Shown here one piece after another: positions 1 to 12,278 of a DNA stretch of 64,000 bases. A model generated the notes under the pieces. That model worked only from the letters and a program-made list of their open reading frames with translations, made no database searches and was not told where the DNA came from. Where the stretch lies: the NCBI GenBank assembly GCA_030264375.1, contig JASCQW010000043.1, positions 90,202,732 through 90,266,731 of the forward strand, in the 5' to 3' direction. This stretch comes from Carcharhinus longimanus. Lineage: Eukaryota. How positions within the stretch are numbered: position 1 is the stretch's first letter; each line of letters starts with the position of its first letter. A program made the position numbers and the translations under genes.

Positions 1-385
1 GAACTCATCAGGGAGAAGTGCATTGGAGCCAGCGATTGTACAAGCCTTCATCTTGTAGCTTGTTATGTCTTGCAGATCTTGCCATAGTCAACAGGGGTCG
101 GTGTGGCTAGCCTGGGACTCGAGCTTGGCCTGGTATCGTCTTTTGGCATCTTTGATGGATCTCCTTAGATCGTATCTGGCTTTCTTGTATAGTGTCGCCT
201 GACTTGAACACCTCCGACCTAGACTTCAGCAAACAGTGGATATCCTTATTCATCCATGATTTCCAGTTGGGGAACACACGGATTTGCTTCCTTGGCACGC
301 AGTCTTCTACACACTTGGGTAGGAATTTGCCAACTTGGTTAACCATCCTGAGGAATGTTTGGAGCTCAGCCATGTTCCTGGACTG
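1..385 (-). mobile_element. Rex1/Babar-clade non-LTR retrotransposon, ORF2 fragment (degenerate)
   Basis: The minus strand translates to CVEDCVPRKQIRVFPNWKSWMNKDIHCLLKSRSEVFKSGD, then after a frameshift YKKARYDLRRSIKDAKRRYQAKLES. This matches the recalled EN-RT linker of Rex1/Babar elements. Confidence 0.75.
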
Positions 386-589
386 ATTTCAATAGTTTGT
401 ACCATGTGACCTGGAAACTTGATCATAGGTTTGGTGAACTTGTGTTTTTCATTCATTGTTAGGCCTACATCTCAGGACTGTTCTAACCCTGTGATCATGA
501 CCTTCTCTTATGAAGCCACGTATAAGTATGTTGTCCATATACTACATTATCCCTTTCATGCCTTCTAGAAAATGAGACATTGTTCTCTG

Positions 590-930
590 GAAAATCTATT
601 GAAACAATAACGATGAAAAGGCATTATAAATATGGGCAGCAATCTGGATTCTTTGCCCAGAGGCAAAATCCATTATTCACATGCAGTTTGGTAAATAAAG
701 TACTCTTGGCTAGTTTGGCAAGGCTCTCACCCATTGAAGCCATTGGATGGATCTCGAGTTGAGTTAAATCCATGCAGCTTCTTATAGAGCTTTTTGGCTT
801 TAAGACCATAACCATCCCTGAGCACCATTTTGTTGGCATGGTGATCAGTGAGGTGATCCCTTGCTGCTGCATCTTTTCAATTTCACTCTTGGCTTTGTCC
901 AAGTGTGCTGACAAGTGAGGATGTTTTCTG
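590..930 (-). mobile_element. Gypsy LTR retrotransposon pol (RT N-terminal) fragment
   Basis: ORF 624-914 reads KSEIEKMQQQGI...PTKWCSGMVMVLKPKSSIRSCMDLTQL...ESLAKLAKSTLFTKLHVNNGF, a degenerate form of the Gypsy RT motifs W(C/A)SxxVxVxK, IRxCxD and FTKLDxxxGF. Confidence 0.8.
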
Positions 931-2199
931 TGAGAATTGACAATGCAACATGGGCGCTGTCAGTTGTACTTTGAGTACCGGTGGGAACAGCGACCCCACA
1001 AAGATGAGAAACCATATCTCATTGCTTCCTGTTCTGATCCCAAAGGAGATGAACTCACTAACTTCCCCTTAAGATGCTTCAGTCAGCCGACAATTGCTGA
1101 TATTACACAGACCACCCACAGCCATTGAATTGAGACAGTGCCACAAAATGTGCATATTGAGATCACCTTAAGGGCCACAGAAAGAGCAGTGAGGGCAGAT
1201 GGCTGTGGGTGCAGGTTGTCACGCAGTAGGTGACATTATGCCCATTCCCTGTTTGATGATGTGCACTGGTTGCCATAAATGAGTTATTTGGTTACTGAAT
1301 GGTTGGAAATATTTTTGAAATAAATATACATATGTGTACTGCATATACCTGTGAATGTTTTCTGTGTGTATGAGTTAGGTCATTTCTTCTAAAAATAGTC
1401 CATGTGGCTAAAATGGTGCCACCATAACCTCACCTGTGGTCAGTCAACATTTTCTACTTGACAATAGCTGCCTGAAGAAAGAGTCCAAAGTCGGCCAAAA
1501 TAGTTTCCGAGCCATACACCCATTTTAGATTGATGAGGTTTCTTAATTGCTCATGTTTTGTCTAAATTTTAGATTTAAATGAGGCTTACAAATACCCCAG
1601 TGCAGTCTCTTTGTTCACGTGCAAGTGGACCACTCAAAATGCCTTTTGTACCAGGAGTGTACAGTCAAAGGCTCAAACTTTCAATCATACACCTCTGCAA
1701 GAACCTTTTCAAATTAGGGCTAAAAGTGTAATACTTGGGTCCTCTTTGACTTGCTCTCTAACTAGGGAAGACAACATTCTCAAATTGATGTTGTACACCA
1801 GAGTGATTGTAACAGTAGGATGGACCTGGGAGACCAAACTATAGGCAGCCAACTCACAAAAAGCATACTGAGCTGATAATGATTTTCTTTCCAGGGAGGG
1901 TGGCTGAGGATCAGCTTCAGGCTGTTCCAACGCAGCAGCTCCCATTAAAATCAATGAAAATGCTCTGGGATACGAGCAAAGAATAGCTTTGTCTGTTAAG
2001 AAATTGAAGTTAATTATCGTGAGCATCATGACGGCTCTTAAAGTCATCTAATTCATGCCTTGAAAAATCGATGAGGAGTTTTAAAACCCTTACATTTCAC
2101 TCCGGGCTTCTGATTGTGACCTCTAACGTGAGGAATTTACTCACTATTTTATTTTCAATATGACCTATCTCCTCTGGCTCTGTCACTGTTGTAGGTTTT

Positions 2200-2500
2200 C
2201 ATAGAATCATAGAATCCCCACAGCGTGGAAGGAGGCCATTCAGCCCATCGAGTCTGTACCGACCACAATCCTATCCAGGCCCTATTCCCGTAACCCCACA
2301 TGTTTACTCTGCTAATCCCCCTGACACTAGGGTGTATTTAGCATGGCCAATCAACCTAATCCTTGCATCTTTGGACTGTGGGAGGAAATCGCAACACCCG
2401 GGGGAAACCCACGCAGACACAGGGAGAATGTGCAGACTCCAAAGACAGTGACCCAAGCCGGAATTGGATCTGGGCCCCTGGTGTTGTGAGTCAGCAGCAC
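2200..2500 (-). mobile_element. HE1-type tRNA-derived SINE
   Basis: Reverse complement of the HE1 body (gcatggccaatcaacctaa...ggggaaaacccacgcagacacagggagaatgtgcagactcc) with a catagaat tail. Confidence 0.85.
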
Positions 2501-3061
2501 AGTATTTTGCAATATTTTGTTGAGATACTGCAGTCCTTCAGATGCTTTTCTCTTTCAAAAGCACCAGGACCTATCATGTTCTTCAACTATTGTCCATTGA
2601 AAGTTTAACATTTTTGGTGTTACTGCTCTCTGTCACATTGTAAATAGTTAATGTTATGTCTGTCACAATGCAAGGATTAAAAGAGCTCAGATTGATGACA
2701 TAGCAATGAAGGAACCAAATGGACGCAAGAAGGGAGTGCCTTCCGGCTTCCGCCTGAGAATCTTTAAAGGCTATTGCAAATATTTAGTTCATTATTCATC
2801 CTTTAAGAATATAACTCTTAGTTTTAGGAATAACGTTTCAACTGTAGAAAAATAGGAAGTATCTGGTTAAGAAACCGATGAGTAACACCAAAGTAAGGCT
2901 ATTCAAACAAGTTTGGAGTTTATTACACAAAAAGGTGGGGCAATATTGACTTAAGAAGTTAACAGTTCAAAGGGTAAGCTCAGGGAGCTTGCTTTTAACT
3001 TTGTAATGGTGCCAGTAAGTCTATGAAACTGTCCCGTCTTTATTGGAAACAGTTATCGTAA

Positions 3062-3365
3062 AATCCCACAGTACAGAAGAAGGCCATTCGGCCTATCAAG
3101 TCAGCACGGACCACAATTACACAGGCCGCACTCCTACAACTCCCAAATTTACTCTGATAATCCCCCAACACTAGGGTCAATTTAACATGGCCAATCAACC
3201 TAACCCACACATCTTTGGAGTGTGGGAGAAAACTGGAACACCCAGAGGAAACCCATGCATGGAGAGAATATGCAAACTCCTCATAGGCAGTGACCCTGAG
3301 GCCGGAATTGAACCTGGGTCCCTAATGCTGTGAGGCAGCAGTGCTAACCACTGTGCCACATGTGG
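3062..3365 (-). mobile_element. HE1-type tRNA-derived SINE
   Basis: Same body as 2200-2500, ending in a reversed tRNA head (gaattgaacctggg...gcagcagtgctaaccactgtgccac) that holds the A and B boxes. Confidence 0.85.
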
Positions 3366-4004
3366 CCATGTAATTTACTAGAATTAAGAAAAGCATTTCC
3401 ATCCAGGTATAGACCATGTGTGTCACATTGTCATAGAGACAGTTGGAACCTTTGTATGTTACGTGCTTCCTGACAGAAGCTGGCAGTTCAGTTTGGGAAC
3501 AGATTGAGGTGGTTATCGCTTTGCATTGGTGAAGACTGCATCTCACTGGATTGAGAGAGCCAACAGGAGCTGATAGCCAGTTAGAGAAATTAGTAACGAC
3601 ATCCTTCATGGCGTGAAATGTGGTTGGGGTTCCATCTCAGTTTCGATTTCATCAGGGAGAGTTTGACAGATTTGAAGGGAAAGGCTGGACAATTTACTCT
3701 CAGTTGGAGTTACTGGAAGAAATTTATAGTGGTGTGAATTTTCCATTATTGAGGCTGAGTGGGCTGGCAGGAGGGAAAGCTGGTTTGGCTCTCACTGGGC
3801 AGCAGGGCTAATGAACACGGGTGATCTTCCACTTTCCAGCTCATTAATTACACATCAGTGAGTAGCTCTGCAAATCTTGTGGCTGACAGTCACTCACTAC
3901 AGACCAGGAGCTCTGCAGTACTCTTCCAGTGTCCTTGCTGCTGCAGCCCATACTGGTGAAGCTGGCAGATGTGAGCAACCACATCCCAAGGCGGACAGAG
4001 ACAC

Positions 4005-4666
4005 CTCCAGCTAGGACAGTCAGTGAGATTTTGCAAGCCTGGGCAAGTCGTGGGGGTTACAGATAGTGTGGCATGAAACCAAGATCCCAGTTGAGGCTGT
4101 CCTCAAGTGTGCAAAATTCATCTCTGCTCAGTGACTCTGTGTTGTCGTATGTCATGAAGGCCGCCTTGGAGAACGCTTACCCGAAGTTCAGAGGCTGAAT
4201 CGGCAGTCACGGGCATTTAGCCTCTGATCTTCGGGTGAGAATTCTCCAAGGCGGCCTTCACGAGATATGACAACGCAGAGTCACTGAGCAGAGACTGATA
4301 GCCAAGTTCCGCACACATGAGGACGGTCTCAATCGGGATCTTGGATTCATTTCACACTATCTGTAACCCCCATGACTTGCCTGGGCTTGCAAAATCTCAC
4401 TAACTGTCCTGGCTGGAGACTATACACATCTCTTTAACCTGTGTTTAACCCTCTCTCCACTCACATTGTCTGTACCTTTGAGACTTGATTACCTGTAAAG
4501 ACTCGTATTCTATCATTATTTTGTAAATTGAGTTTGTGTCTTTATATGCCCTGTTTGTGAACTGAAATCCCACTCATCTGATGAAGGAGCAACGCTCTAA
4601 AAGCTAGTGGCTTGTGCTACCAAATAAACTGTTGGACTTTAATCTGGTGTTGTGAGACTTCTTACT
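4005..4666 (+). mobile_element. Penelope-like retroelement 3' portion with an inverted 5' copy
   Basis: Plus strand 4220-4365 encodes a GIY-YIG C-terminus-like peptide (SDLRVRILQGGLH..QRRVTEQRLIAKFRTHEDGLNRDLGFISHYL*). 4005-4200 is an inverted copy of 4215-4418. A hammerhead-like motif lies at 4575-4610. Confidence 0.8.
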
Positions 4667-5532
4667 TATCAAATTCTGCCCATTGACATGCTGTAAACGA
4701 AACATTAAACATTTTGATATTTATTTCAGGAATGTATACTGATCAGCATGTAAAAAATAGTGTTTGTATAAGAAGCATTTAAGTTTCATCTTGCTTATTC
4801 ATTTAATCATCATGTAATAACCCAGTATTGGTTAATCAATATAGAGCATATTTTCTGTTTTACATCCACATGGTCTGTGTCTTTATCATCTGCATTTACT
4901 TGGGCAGCACTTCATCAGTAACTCTCACCTGCCAGTGCTAGGGAAAGGATTAGCTTAATGTGTGGACTCAGTGCCCCCTATTGCTCTACAGAATGTAATA
5001 ATACAAAGATCCAGTTTAATCTATCCATAGAATGGGAAAATTGTGATTTTAAACCAATTTTCTCTCCTACTTTCTGAAATTCTCTTCATCAATCAGTGTA
5101 TTTCCTTCTCTCCCTGGCAATTAGTTTGGCATATTTTTGTATTTTCACTTAGCTTCTTGTTTAACGATTCAGATCACAATGTCAAGCAGAAAATTGCAAG
5201 AGTTAACATTACAAATTACAAATAGCCTGAGGTTTCCCATGTAACAGCAAATTAGACAAGGAATCTCAAGGGGAGACCAAGTAGCGATAAAGCTTGGCTT
5301 TGGGTCAATTTATGTTCTGAGATCAAGAGAAGGGCTAAAAATTACCAGTGGACTTAATGTGTTGATCTCCTGTGAAACAACAACAAATAAAATGAATAGA
5401 AAGGTCATCAACATGAAATGTTGGCGACAATGTTAATCTTGTTTGCTAGCAAACTGATGAGATTGACAACAATGGATGGCTTAAAAACTACATTAATGGC
5501 TAACCTTTTCCAGCTTGGGTGAAAAGTCATTA

Positions 5533-5663
5533 GCCATAAACATTCTCTGACCCCGCCTACAGTTGGAATTTTCCGGTCAGTGAATGAAGATTTGGCTGAG
5601 CACCAAATTCTCTATTCTTGTTGTCACTGGTGGCAGAGCAAACAAGATTGGAGAATTCTGGCC
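5533..5663. mobile_element. Short MITE-like repeat (related copy at about 7265-7372)
   Basis: Shares cagtgaatg...gctgagNNccaaattctct.ttcttg.tg...ggagaat with 7265-7372 and ends in GAGAATTCTGGCC, similar to Harbinger-type termini. Confidence 0.45.
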
Positions 5664-5956
5664 ATTTACTTTGTTTCTCTCTGACCTGCTGAGTATCTCC
5701 TGCATTTTGTGTTTTTTCAGTGTACTCCTATTATTATTCTTGCTGTTTGGAAATTGTGACCTATACACTTATGTCCAGGTCATTAGTTTGTATCAAAAAG
5801 AAGAGGGGGCCCTAAATGCCAAAACCTGAGGGGTGTGCCATTGTCCCTCCAGTCTGAAAAACAACACTTCACCACAACTATCCATTTTAGTCTCTTATCC
5901 AAATTTGTATCCATGCTGCTGCTATCCCTTAACCCCATGGGCTTCAATTTTTCTCA

Positions 5957-6086
5957 GTAAGAAGTCTCACAACACTATCTTAAAGTCTAACAGGTTTATT
6001 TCGATGAGAAAGGACTTTAACCTGGTGTTGTGAGACTTCTTACTGTGTTTACCCCAGTCCAACGCTGGCATTTCCACATCATGACT
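5957..6086. mobile_element. Penelope-derived terminal palindrome fragment
   Basis: Inverted repeat AGTAAGAAGTCTCACAACAC / GTGTTGTGAGACTTCTTACT. The terminus is the same as at 4640-4666. Confidence 0.7.
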
Positions 6087-6169
6087 TCAATTTTTCTAAC
6101 ATATCTATCTTGTAGAACTTTATCTTTGGAATTCCCAAAACCAACCACACTACCTTCAACCCTCACTGT

Positions 6170-6405
6170 TACTTCAAAGAACTTCAAATGGACAAATAAT
6201 ACATTGTAGTGAGGTTGGGTTGAGGGATTATTATTGACTAGGGCACCAAGAGAATTCCCCTCCACAGCTTTGAATAGGACCATAGGGTCTCTTATGTCTA
6301 CCTGAGAGGACAGAGTGGACCTTGCCTTGATTTAACATTTTCTCTAAAGGACTGTGCCTCTGACTGTGCAACATTCCCTCAAATGTCACCTTAAATTATG
6401 CAGCC
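6170..6405 (-). mobile_element. Deu-domain SINE (SacSINE1/AmnSINE1-like), degenerate
   Basis: Contains the reverse complement of the recalled Deu core (ctcaggtagacataagagaccctatggtcctattc...ggggaattctcttggtgccc). Confidence 0.6.
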
Positions 6406-6429
6406 AGGGTTCATCTATGCAGATGTCTC

Positions 6430-6755
6430 AGTATAGTGTGGATAGAGAGACTGCTGAGAGGTACTGTGTTTGAGGTGTGCTGTTGAACCCTCTTAAGTGC
6501 ATGCAAAGAAGTTGCACAGTGTCATTTGAAGAAGAGTTGGGGTGTGGTACTGACCAACGTTAATGTCTCAGATAACATCACAAAAACAAATTACCTGGAT
6601 TACCATTTATCTCATTAGTGTTTGTGGCATTGCTGGACGCAAACTGGCTGTCATATTTGCCTGTATTACAAAAGTGTCTATGCCACAAAAGTAATTCATT
6701 GACAATGAAGGTTTGAGGATGAAAAAGGTGCTACATAAATGTAAATCCTCTTTTA
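6430..6755 (+). mobile_element. Deu-domain SINE, degenerate
   Basis: Deu core (tttgaagaagagttgggg...aacatcacaaaaacaaattacctgg...gcaaactggctg) followed by an L2-type tail (aaaggtgctacataaatgtaa). Confidence 0.65.
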
Positions 6756-7394
6756 TTTGAGTCTTTTCTGGTGCTGTACTAAATTTCTTGATTATCACTC
6801 ATTGCAAGTTTCTCACAAGGACTTCAGAAACTTTTTCCAGGAATTTGATAAACCCCATTAAAAGGCTGATTATAATATGTAGAGCTTTGTTATTTCCTGA
6901 TGTTGTAATGTGTCATCAGCAAAGCAGAAATGACCAGTGGTTTCTGTGAATCTATGTGATGGTGGAGATTGTGGAGAAAACTGAATAGGCCTTCAATAGT
7001 AAGTCACTCTAATTTCATACAGAAATTGAAAAATGTATTGAGCTTCAATCATATAAATGCTCCGATGCGTCCTCGATCCATCTTGCTGCAGTTGGAAAAA
7101 TAGAAAGGTCCAAGGCTTTGTTAAGCTTTATCTACAAACCTAGCACTTTCATTACTTTGAGGAGATCAAAGCCCAAATTAAGTAATGTGATTAACGTGCT
7201 TTCAGGAAAAGCTGAGAAGAAATGGAACCATTCTCGATCCACTTGCAGGCGAAAACAATACAAGCAGGAATTCTCCAACCTCACCTGCAGCTGGGATTCT
7301 CCAGTCCTGCTGCAGTGAATGGGGAATCAGCTGAGTGCCAAATTCTCTGTTCTTGCTGGCAGCATGGAGAATCAGCAGTGCTGTTCAAAGATTA

Positions 7395-7682
7395 ATAGAA
7401 TTCCTACAGTACAGAAGGAAGTCATTTGGCCTGCACTGACAACACCCATCCCTATCCCTGTAACCCCACATATTTACCCTACTAATCCCCCTGACACTAA
7501 GGGACAATTTAGCATGGCCAATCCACATGCACATCTTTGGAGTCTGAGAAAAAAACCAGAGGAAACCCACACAGACACAGGGAGAATGTGCAAACTCCAC
7601 ACAGACAGTCACCTGAGGCCAGAATTGAACCTGGGTCCCTGGTGCTGTGAGGCAGCAGTGCTAACCACTGTGCTGCCATGTC
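7395..7682 (-). mobile_element. HE1-type tRNA-derived SINE
   Basis: Near full-length copy. It accounts for the spurious ORFs 7319-7708 and 7509-7775. Confidence 0.85.
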
Positions 7683-8419
7683 ACCCCAAAGAACCTGAAG
7701 GTATGTAAAGAATGGCAATTCCCTTTCCTTCATCCAACTTGTGAAGTGGTTAGAGCAGAAATACAAATTTTCCACCTTATCGCCTCAGCACATTTAGAAA
7801 CAGTAGCAGCTCACTATTCCCTTCACAAGTTAACTTGGTCAGATTATTCCTGACATGATCTGTGTTGATTTTTGGCACAGTAGCCATGTGTTTGCTTCTG
7901 GGTCACTGAAATCTGTTATGTGGCCATTTTCAGTTATTCCATGTAGTGTAGCACGAACCAATACTGGGAACCTTCTCATTACCTGCTCCCAGCCAAAGCA
8001 GCAGGCAGGAAGCATCACTCAGTGATACTCAGCTAAGGCGGCTGCATTGAAGTACTGCGGATTGTGCAGTTACACCAGTCTTTCCCTGGGCAGTAGAGAG
8101 AGAAGTTCCCGCAGAGGCCATGTAAAAAAAAACTGAAAGCTGCACATTTCAAAAAAAAATTCCAAAAACATGAGAGACATTGGTGGCAACTGCTGGAAAA
8201 TGGAAGTTGGGTGAAACTTGATTGAGGGAGAATGTGAAATGTTTAGTATTCGGTACACCTTTTCTTCTCTTCACAGATCATTTGTCCCCAGTTGCTAATT
8301 TACAGTCCAGTCACACTTGCTGCCTCCAATAACACTGCAGTAATTCAATAACAAACTAATTTGAACCTCTATTCCACCATCTGATCATCCTTCTACAATG
8401 ATTTCAACAAAGGATATTT

Positions 8420-9350
8420 ATCAGTGCTGGGACCCCTATTGTTTGTAATATATATAAATGATTTGGAGGAGAATATAGATGGTCTTATTAGTAAGTTTGC
8501 AGATGACACAAAGATTGGGGAAACTGTGTATAGTGAGGACAATTGTCAGAGGATACAGCAGAACATTGATAGGCTGGAGACTTGGGCAGAGAAATGGCAG
8601 ATGGAATTTAATCTGGACAAGTGTGAGGTGTTGCATTTTGGAAGGTCTAATGGAGGAGGGAAGTATACAGTAAACAGCAGAATGCTTAGAAGCATACAAA
8701 GGGATTTAGGAGTACAGGTCTACAGTCCCCTGAAAATGGCAACACAAGTGGATAAGGTAGTCAAGAAGATGTATGGCATGCTTGCCTTCACTGGCCAGGA
8801 CACAGAGTATAAAAACTGGCAAGTCATGTTGCAGCTGTATAGAACTTCGTTAGGTCACATTTGGAATATTGTGTATCATTGTTTACCAGGATGTTGCATG
8901 GTTTGGAGGATATTAACAATGAGGAGGGATTGGAGGAACTTGGTTTGTTTTCATTTGAACATTGGAGGCTGAGGGGCTAACTTGATAGAAGTTTACAAAA
9001 TTATGAGAGGCATGAGAGTGGATAGTTGAAATCTTTTACCCAAGGTAGAAACGTCAATTACTAGGGAAGATAGATTTACGATAAAAAGGGAACAATTTAA
9101 ATGAGATGTGAGAGGAAAGTTTTTTTACACAGAGGGAGATAAGTGCCTGGACTGTACTGCCAGAGGAGTTGATAGAAGCAGATACAATAGAAACATTTAA
9201 GAGCCATCTTGACAGATACACAAATAGGAAGGCAATAAAGGGATACAGTCCACATAGAGGTAAAAGGTCTTTCATGAGAAAGACCTTTCATATGTCAGTA
9301 CAGGCTTGGTGGGCCGAAGGGCTTGTTCCTGTGTTGCACTGTTCTTTGCC
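8420..9350 (+). mobile_element. CR1 LINE, 5'-truncated (RT C-terminus and 3' UTR)
   Basis: VLGPLLFVIYINDLEENIDGLISKFADDTKIG...WAEKWQMEFNLDKCEVLHFG is the canonical CR1 RT. The 3' UTR stem-loop region is gggccgaagggcttgttcctgtg. Confidence 0.95.
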
Positions 9351-10912
9351 TGGAATTTGGCTTTGTTTTCAGGACTGATAACATCTCAGCGATTCCGGAT
9401 TGAAAGGGGTGTCATTCGTGTTGAGGGTTTGGTGTTTGGAAAGCCATTTTCTCATCAGATCCATGGACTCCACTAACTAGGTTGGCTTATCAAATTTAAA
9501 TGGTATTCTTGTAGCTCGTTTTCAATTTGGTCTGTGTAGTCCCAAGTGAGCTGTTATAAACCCTTTTTGGTGTAATGAGTTGTGATTTTCCTGAAACAGA
9601 ATATTCCTTTGTTCTGGGGATAATTTCCAGACCGTGGATCGACCATATTAAATGTCTTTGCGTAGTAGAAAAGTCCAGTTAAGTTTTTAAATGTATACAC
9701 ATGTATCTATTCCACGTTGGAGGAACCTAACACAAGTTAGTACCTGAAATGATTTGGATTATGCATCATAACATGAGAATTCACTTCTAAGGGGGAGGTT
9801 TTGTAACTTGTACAAATGGGAAACATGATGTGCAAGGTGATGGAATTACATAGGCTGCCAAATTTTGATTTCCTGCAATGGATAGAGACGCAGAAGTAAA
9901 GCCAGTGGCATGTTTATGTCAGGTCAGACTTCATGCCGGCTTGTGGTGGGTTTATACTTGTAAATGTGTTTGCATGCTATGAATATTCACTTGCATAAAA
10001 TGCTATTAAGCACGTCCAGCCTTCAAGATAAAATTAATGGTGCACGAGATGAGGTGCTCCTCGCATCCACTTCATGTTTGTTCAAAGATGAAGTGCACTA
10101 GCTGAGTCTGAAGGTCAACAGTTTTCCTTGTTAAACGCTGTGGGTGTTCATGGGCAGAGTTCTTACAGGGCTTTGAGCTCACCTACAACATTTCAATTAT
10201 CCCTGCAGTGAGTGATCTTGGACAACGTGCTTTACAATACATAGGAGGGGGTGCCGACTGAACCTGCGAGTTCAGGCATGTCCCACAAAGCGATGAAAAT
10301 AACACGGGACACTAATATGAACATTCAATACAGAGTGTTTCTCCCACGATAAAGAAATGTCTCCAACTCCCCTCTAACCAACAATGCGTGTTAACCATGA
10401 GGCATGTCAGTACATTTAGTTCTTTAACTAAGCTAGTCTCAATAANNNATGATGATGCATACGCACACAACCAATGTAATGTGAGATATTTACAGATGGA
10501 ATTTGAATTTGAACCTGTGCTTCCTTTATGCCTAAAGTCTAAAGTTAATGGAGATGAAGTTGGAAGTTGCAGCTGTGTTTGTCCTGGAAGCCCTATTCTA
10601 GCCCACCCATAGCAGCAGCATTGTCACCACAGAAAAGCATTCCCTGGTTCAGAATCACACGTGTTTCCCATGAACATTAACAACCCTTTACATTTTTATT
10701 GTAATCGCATGGGAAAGGGAAAAAGCAAGAAAACAGAAATTGTGCACACTTCTGGTTTTGCCATCAGGAATGGTGCCTGCTGATAAAACTCTGCCCAGAA
10801 TCATTGCTCAATAATTACACAGATATAACATTTTACCAGCCTCCCCCAGTAGCAAATTATTTGGTGGATGGGGAGGCGGTGGGAGGGTGAGAGTGTAGCT
10901 CATAATTTAATA

Positions 10913-11040
10913 CTGAAGAGTCATACAGATTCAAGATGTTAATTCTGTTTCTCTCTCCACAGATACTGTCAGACCTGCTGAACGTATCTGGCATTTTCTG
11001 TTCTTATTTCGGGTTTCCCGTGTCCGTAGTAGTTTACTTT
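10913..11040 (+). mobile_element. Penelope-derived short repeat (second family) with a decayed hammerhead-like 5' end
   Basis: ctgaagagtcatacagattcaagatgttaattctgtttctctctccacagatactgtcagacctgctg...gcattttctg. Related copies lie at 5665-5720, 16372-16520, 44716-44810 and 61625-61772. Confidence 0.5.
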
Positions 11041-11924
11041 TGTGCTTATATGGTAACTTTATTTTTCAGCTCTTACTATTTTCCAACCAATGACTTGCAT
11101 TAAGGCTGTTGCCAGTCCCATTACCTGGTGACCGAAGCTAACAGCCCCTTAATTTCTGATACTTCAGTGCTATTATGAGTCAGGGTTACAAATCTATTCC
11201 AAGACCAATCTCTTGTAAAATGAGAAGGAGAGAAACTACTAAATAATCATAGATCATTTCCACAGAGAGAACTGGGAAAATATGTCTTCCAAATCACAAC
11301 AGGTGTTCTCAGCCTTCTTGTGGCATTAGCAAAGAACAAATGTATGGGTGACATGAGGAAAACTAAGAAGATACATAAAGGACATTTTCAGATGGAGGCA
11401 TAAATATGTGGGCAACCGTCAAATTCTTCTTTACGGAAAACGACANNNAAATTCTCTTTATTTTTAATTCTATTCTATTGGAAACCTCTTGCACAAACTT
11501 TAAAACATGAGTATTAAAATATCTAAACAAATCATTAATAAACAATCAGAACTGTTTTACATTTTAAAAGTCTTTTATTAATTATTTGGGATAAAAATGT
11601 ATAACTTTTAATCAGTAACAGAAAATTTTATGAAGGTGACAAAGTACATTCACAAAGTATAAGCCCTTAGGGGCACAGATTTTTCCTAACTATATTCATG
11701 CAGATTTCCATATTAATCCATCATTATTGTCTCAAAAAGATTAAGGAGTTCAGAAAAAACCTATTACAAACTGCAGCATTCGCGATGAAGAACTGCAAAC
11801 TAAACCCACTATTTTTTGGTATGCCATTATAAGAAAATACATTACTCTCACCCTGTACCTTGCAGAGAATTATGTTGTGTTGTAAATGGGCCAGTGATGG
11901 CACTGGTGCAGAAGAGCGTAGCAC

Positions 11925-12278
11925 TAATTCAATAGTTAGTGGCCAACCATATTGGACTATTGATCCAGAGGCCCAAGGCAAAATCTGGAGACCTGGGTTA
12001 AATCCCACTATGGCAGATGGTGAAATTTGAATTCAATAAAAATCTGGAATTAAAAAATGGCTAATGATGAATGACCATGAAATCATTGTCAATTGTAAAA
12101 GCCCAACTGATTCCCTAATGTCCTTTAGGGAAGGAAATCTGTTGTCTTCACTTGGTTTGGCCTACCTGTGACTCTAGCTCCACAGTAATGTAGTTGACTC
12201 TGACATTCCCTCTGAAGTGGAAGGTAGTTAGGGATGGGTAATAAATGCAGGCCCGGCCAGCAATGCCCACATCCCATA
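11925..12278 (+). mobile_element. tRNA-headed SINE sharing its 3' tail with the LINE at 30305-31070
   Basis: Has a B-box-like gggttaaatccc, the body atttgaattcaataaaaatctggaatt, and the tail ttagggatgggtaataaatgc...cccacatccca. Confidence 0.75.

Noticed and set aside
3290-3365. tRNA-like A/B box sequences
   Set aside because: They are SINE heads attached to SINE bodies, not stand-alone tRNA genes.
7319-7775. Recurring ORFs of the MAAQWLALLPHSTRDPGSI type (also at 33511-33785 and 45022-45282)
   Set aside because: They are translations of HE1 SINE copies.
1-11500. SLC24A2 last coding exon expected from human synteny
   Set aside because: No plus-strand match to the recalled C-terminus (GLFCAIVLLF...CPVSI) was seen; synteny alone is not evidence.
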